Below the pieces are notes generated by a model. It was given only the letters and a program-made list of their open reading frames with translations. It searched no databases and was not told the origin of the DNA. A stretch of 64,000 nt of DNA from Auanema rhodensis. Taxonomy: Eukaryota > Animalia > Nematoda. Location: contig OZ059898.1 of assembly GCA_964057225.1 (NCBI GenBank), forward strand, positions 15,872,001 through 15,936,000, given 5' to 3'. The first letter of the stretch is position 1; each line of letters begins with the position of its first letter. The position numbers and the translations under genes are program-made. Shown here one piece after another: positions 62,201 to 64,000 of the stretch.

Positions 62201-64000
62201 GATTGATAACTCTTCCTCTTGAGGACATCCTATCAGACTACGAAGTAACTTGGACCTTTAATCACAACTCCAGACTACAATACATGACATTAAACTGTCC
62301 AGCAGTTCATTTTTGCTCTACAGTGTCATGCACGTTCTGCTCAGCCACATTATTTAACCCATCTTGCTGGCCCTGGACCTCTATGTTACTATTCAGCTTC
62401 ATAACCTACATAATCACAGCCATTTGCTACGGACTATTGCATTCACCATGGGTCATTGGAAAAGCCATCAGACTTTGGACCAACTTCATATACGCAATAT
62501 GCACATCGTTATTCGGACAGCTATACATCCGGACAAATAGATTTAACAAGAAAACAGTTATCCCATTAATAACGCTTCTGTTAATTCACCAATCAATGGC
62601 TTGCCAAGAACTTAGTATGAGCACTTCCCAAGAATCCTCATGCAACAAAGAAACATGCAAGATACAGACTGGACAATCTCTCACTATCAGCCCGTACACA
62701 CAAGAAGCATGCCTAACGTTCACTAACAATCAGAACAAGTTCTCCTTTCTGCGCATACAATGGATCAAAACAACATACTTCTGTGAAATCCGTTCACTCT
62801 TCTTCACCCGAGCAACCAGTACTCATGTAAAGAATAGCAAAAGATGCGCAAGAACTGGATCTTGCCAAGAAAACAAATGCAGCACCATTCAATCGGACAC
62901 CATGGTTCACGAACTAGAACTAGCCAACCAATATCCTGGATCTACACACTGCACAGAATCCTGCGGAGGATTTGGCTGTGGCTGCTTCTATCCATCTTCA
63001 GGATGCCTCTTCTACCGCACCTACATGAAACCTATAGACAAATCTGTTTACGAAGTCTTTTCATGTAACGAATGGATACCTTCCACACAACTACATATCA
63101 CCTATCTGAACGGAACCACAACCACTTCACGGAACATCACGCTTCATTCGGACATTCAAACAGACGTACATCCTTTCAAATTCTCCGCAATCAGTCTAAC
63201 ACCTCCTATTATTCCAAGAATGCAAGGACAATTTATTAGAAATTTGACAAGACTGGCCATATGGAACATGAAGTCTACACTGACATGCTCATCTCATGAA
63301 AAAGCAAAGAAATTGGACTGTAAAGCAAACCCTCAGTGTGAATGCACTCCTGCAGAAGACTCAGTCAACTGCCATTGTGAAAACCAGAACATTCAATCAG
63401 TCTTTAACAGTGTTCAAACCATTTTACCTATATTCACACCTGCTTACTCAATCGAACAGTCACAACGGAACCTTGAAATCAACATCTATCGCAACATGAT
63501 GGCAGAAATTTATGTAACAGTGGATGGAATCTTCAATGTATCATCATCGCACGACGACTCGACATGTTTAATCCATGACTCAATGGTTAGAGGATGCTAC
63601 AACTGCCAAAACGGAGCACAAGCCAACATCATATGTACTTCACCCATAAATGCTTTAGCTGCCACGAACTGCGGTGACACAGCCTTTATGCTACAATGCA
63701 GTCCAAAAGGAACATCAAACAATATTCGATTACCTATCACTACAGCATCACCATGGATCAACTGTTCATATTCATGCGGACACAATATACAATATTTCTC
63801 TCTAACAGGAATATTATATTACGTCAGCAATATTCAGGACCTGCAGAAACACTACATAGAAGGAAACCACTCCTCACTTCACGAAACAGCTATTACCTTT
63901 CAATGGCCCGATATTACCCATTTCTACAACATCTACCTAGGCTGGTACAAAGAAATTGCAATCTGCATCCTTATAGTAATGCTAGCCCTTGCTGTTTCTT
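56251..64000 (+). mobile_element. BEL/Pao env-class element D (5' LTR type B 56251-56701), runs off the window
   Basis: LTR nearly identical to 46933-47384; PBS at 56702; colinear with element A at an offset of 29400 through pol. Confidence 0.95.
56653..64000 (+). CDS. Gag-Pol-Env polyprotein of element D, apparently open to the window edge
   Basis: Same domains as element A. The ORF track shows no terminated long ORF here, which is consistent with no in-frame stop before 64000. Confidence 0.8.
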   Translation, partial: MPLLRSPISKDTTAQNMVHQAEPSEAARAEAWIGKCYQLLEKIRESDNKRKSFVNRTVNYHSNRASNMIEIRLTEIRSIQEDTEAIQNLIEEMRNITDNLTAEDQERLTANECTLRRHIKSLTDYKIHIEGQIEFLRNSRQDQDLRGTIPRLQTPQLEESIGGFPSNQDTNINQGHPMIVQDNYRYRQTVKPVDIPKFDGNIKNWTNFWTLFNRLIHTANIQDIEKFNYLRQSLTGEAASLISSFSTDEESYHPAVSYLRSVYDHEDKILRYLMLDFIQLKAQSPSNKDLLLLMRKINGIARQTERNNEAALNALAIVLIQQKLPGHILQEVYRSGSNSNMNWRQLVDNTEKYLQHEQEVKNISSDLQTKPVPRTMHQSYNRQNFVTNNRPKPDNKKPSGKQTSNSCIFCQKPHAPWTCDTPKTRKERLTILNQDKRCINCLRKSHATEACPSKRLCSNCGGKHIDLLCFKKKTTKVNLTNSFPMEDEDEEEHVIQFSTQTKTNQYHSALLPIGQIELLHKDRTISIPALLDCGSDTSFIDEDLSKELELPIVESKRVKIKTFGNTASIERLNKVETMFKGHNSHILAQLWTKKVLTGPISTVRFSKPTNTCYKLNKNMKITPRILIGSDLMWQALISVEPLSKEHMVVHTQFGDFITGQATNQKSLNAHSVISEDLSISIPIWNKSFVEEQSEFTGTEAEEKTARDKLILDQFKETIQQKEDGYYVSFPWKDNAHLLPDNKVLALKRLTSLVLKLSQQPTLLEGYNKIIEEQLDLGIIEEAKDPYPNAYRIHYIAHQAVVTPQKETTKIRIVYDASGHYQNKPSLNDVIHQGPLILPSLIGMILRFRCGNTAMIADVQKAFLQIRLHESERDATRFFWLRDIHQPLSTDNTRTLRFCRVPFGINASPFLLGATIRHHLQKKSSESLLAHKIKDNLYVDNLLLASDSADQVRMWYSETKDIFQEMNMKLQEFISNDQIFNSNLTPEERNASTTPKILGLPWDTLSDQWIIQAQIPETKLTKRGVTQAIASIFDPMGMICPSLHPLRIFLQNLWTESFDWDTTLPMEIQTRWKQLCENFHINIRIPRPLPSDTNGQYHLVTCTDSSGNALGFCCYLIAASTRQLALIFAKSKLHSKNSTITIPKAEISALTIGVFNTLKIVKEIQDNIKILTATFLSDSEITLAWIRKKPDQKTTGVLVQNRIKEISNHIEELEDLDIKTSFGYIHTKDNPADLATRGCTTEELEDHFWWNPKAQLEKALNGPLFSLCDEEIRIHAATTETSDEEPWISDCSSWIEAQQKWISVHYPLTTTHTPSMYEEAETNLLHLHQNNLMVRLSAAQRNDLRPLLRNHLWYSRGRMNNAELEESAKLPIIILPKTKTARLLIEHVHGQLHKSTAHTMADIRQKYWIPQLRSQTQSVIRKCPDCQKMNNRPYIYPPSGDVPSRRITKSRPFQHVGLDYFGPITTQDRNQKAWGCIYTCTVTRLIHLEVIEDLTTKSFLSCLRKIWARRGCPESITCDNASTFELGQKIANKLIVTATTNTSENQHRIKWYNITPYAPWQGGFYERLIRSVKNALYKTLHGTPSTEELSITLAECEATINTRPLTYIGSDTTRDEIIRPCDFIHKDIDLNIYIESEDEDSEYIDNPALQTQADTELALHSSRKRTNKFWELWSELYLKELRESHHHTISVKKAGTNTKPEIGQIVLINDSPIPRHKWPTGRITNIHPDSAGNIREVTLLSENGRELKRPVNLLHPMELSTDNIPQTLQKLETISPAVTQRQQNPRNLERKWYGETASILTLLTIFTIFLPTTMANPTISCNPKGVLIQGMNTDNQQVCSHNTCYNSSEGGLITLPLEDILSDYEVTWTFNHNSRLQYMTLNCPAVHFCSTVSCTFCSATLFNPSCWPWTSMLLFSFITYIITAICYGLLHSPWVIGKAIRLWTNFIYAICTSLFGQLYIRTNRFNKKTVIPLITLLLIHQSMACQELSMSTSQESSCNKETCKIQTGQSLTISPYTQEACLTFTNNQNKFSFLRIQWIKTTYFCEIRSLFFTRATSTHVKNSKRCARTGSCQENKCSTIQSDTMVHELELANQYPGSTHCTESCGGFGCGCFYPSSGCLFYRTYMKPIDKSVYEVFSCNEWIPSTQLHITYLNGTTTTSRNITLHSDIQTDVHPFKFSAISLTPPIIPRMQGQFIRNLTRLAIWNMKSTLTCSSHEKAKKLDCKANPQCECTPAEDSVNCHCENQNIQSVFNSVQTILPIFTPAYSIEQSQRNLEINIYRNMMAEIYVTVDGIFNVSSSHDDSTCLIHDSMVRGCYNCQNGAQANIICTSPINALAATNCGDTAFMLQCSPKGTSNNIRLPITTASPWINCSYSCGHNIQYFSLTGILYYVSNIQDLQKHYIEGNHSSLHETAITFQWPDITHFYNIYLGWYKEIAICILIVMLALAVS

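Overview
Eukaryotic, AT-rich nematode DNA with short GT-AG introns and TTTCAG acceptors. The first ~12.4 kb holds three host genes: a class-T serpentine chemoreceptor (minus), the DEG/ENaC subunit mec-10 (plus) and an AADAC/NCEH-like esterase (plus). At 12,514 a tRNA-Trp gene is cut in half and the window switches abruptly to a 200-bp satellite domain. That domain contains one complete DIRS1-like tyrosine-recombinase retrotransposon (22.2-26.7 kb), several BEL/Pao (Belpaoviridae) LTR elements with a phlebovirus-like Gn/Gc envelope (26.8-36.7 kb +, 38.3-47.4 kb -, 56.3 kb to end +), an LTR fragment, and a 2-kb island with two truncated orphan genes. The most notable signal is in the BEL LTRs. 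Three otherwise divergent LTR types all keep a ~20-22-nt U5 motif complementary to the 5' end of tRNA-Gly(GCC), about 45 nt upstream of a short PBS complementary to its 3' end. The Gag start codon lies inside that motif, and the ORF reads through the LTR end and the PBS. This suggests a two-armed tRNA clamp (or a 5' tRF target) linking priming and translation. All identifications come from motifs read by eye and recalled reference sequences; no searches were run.
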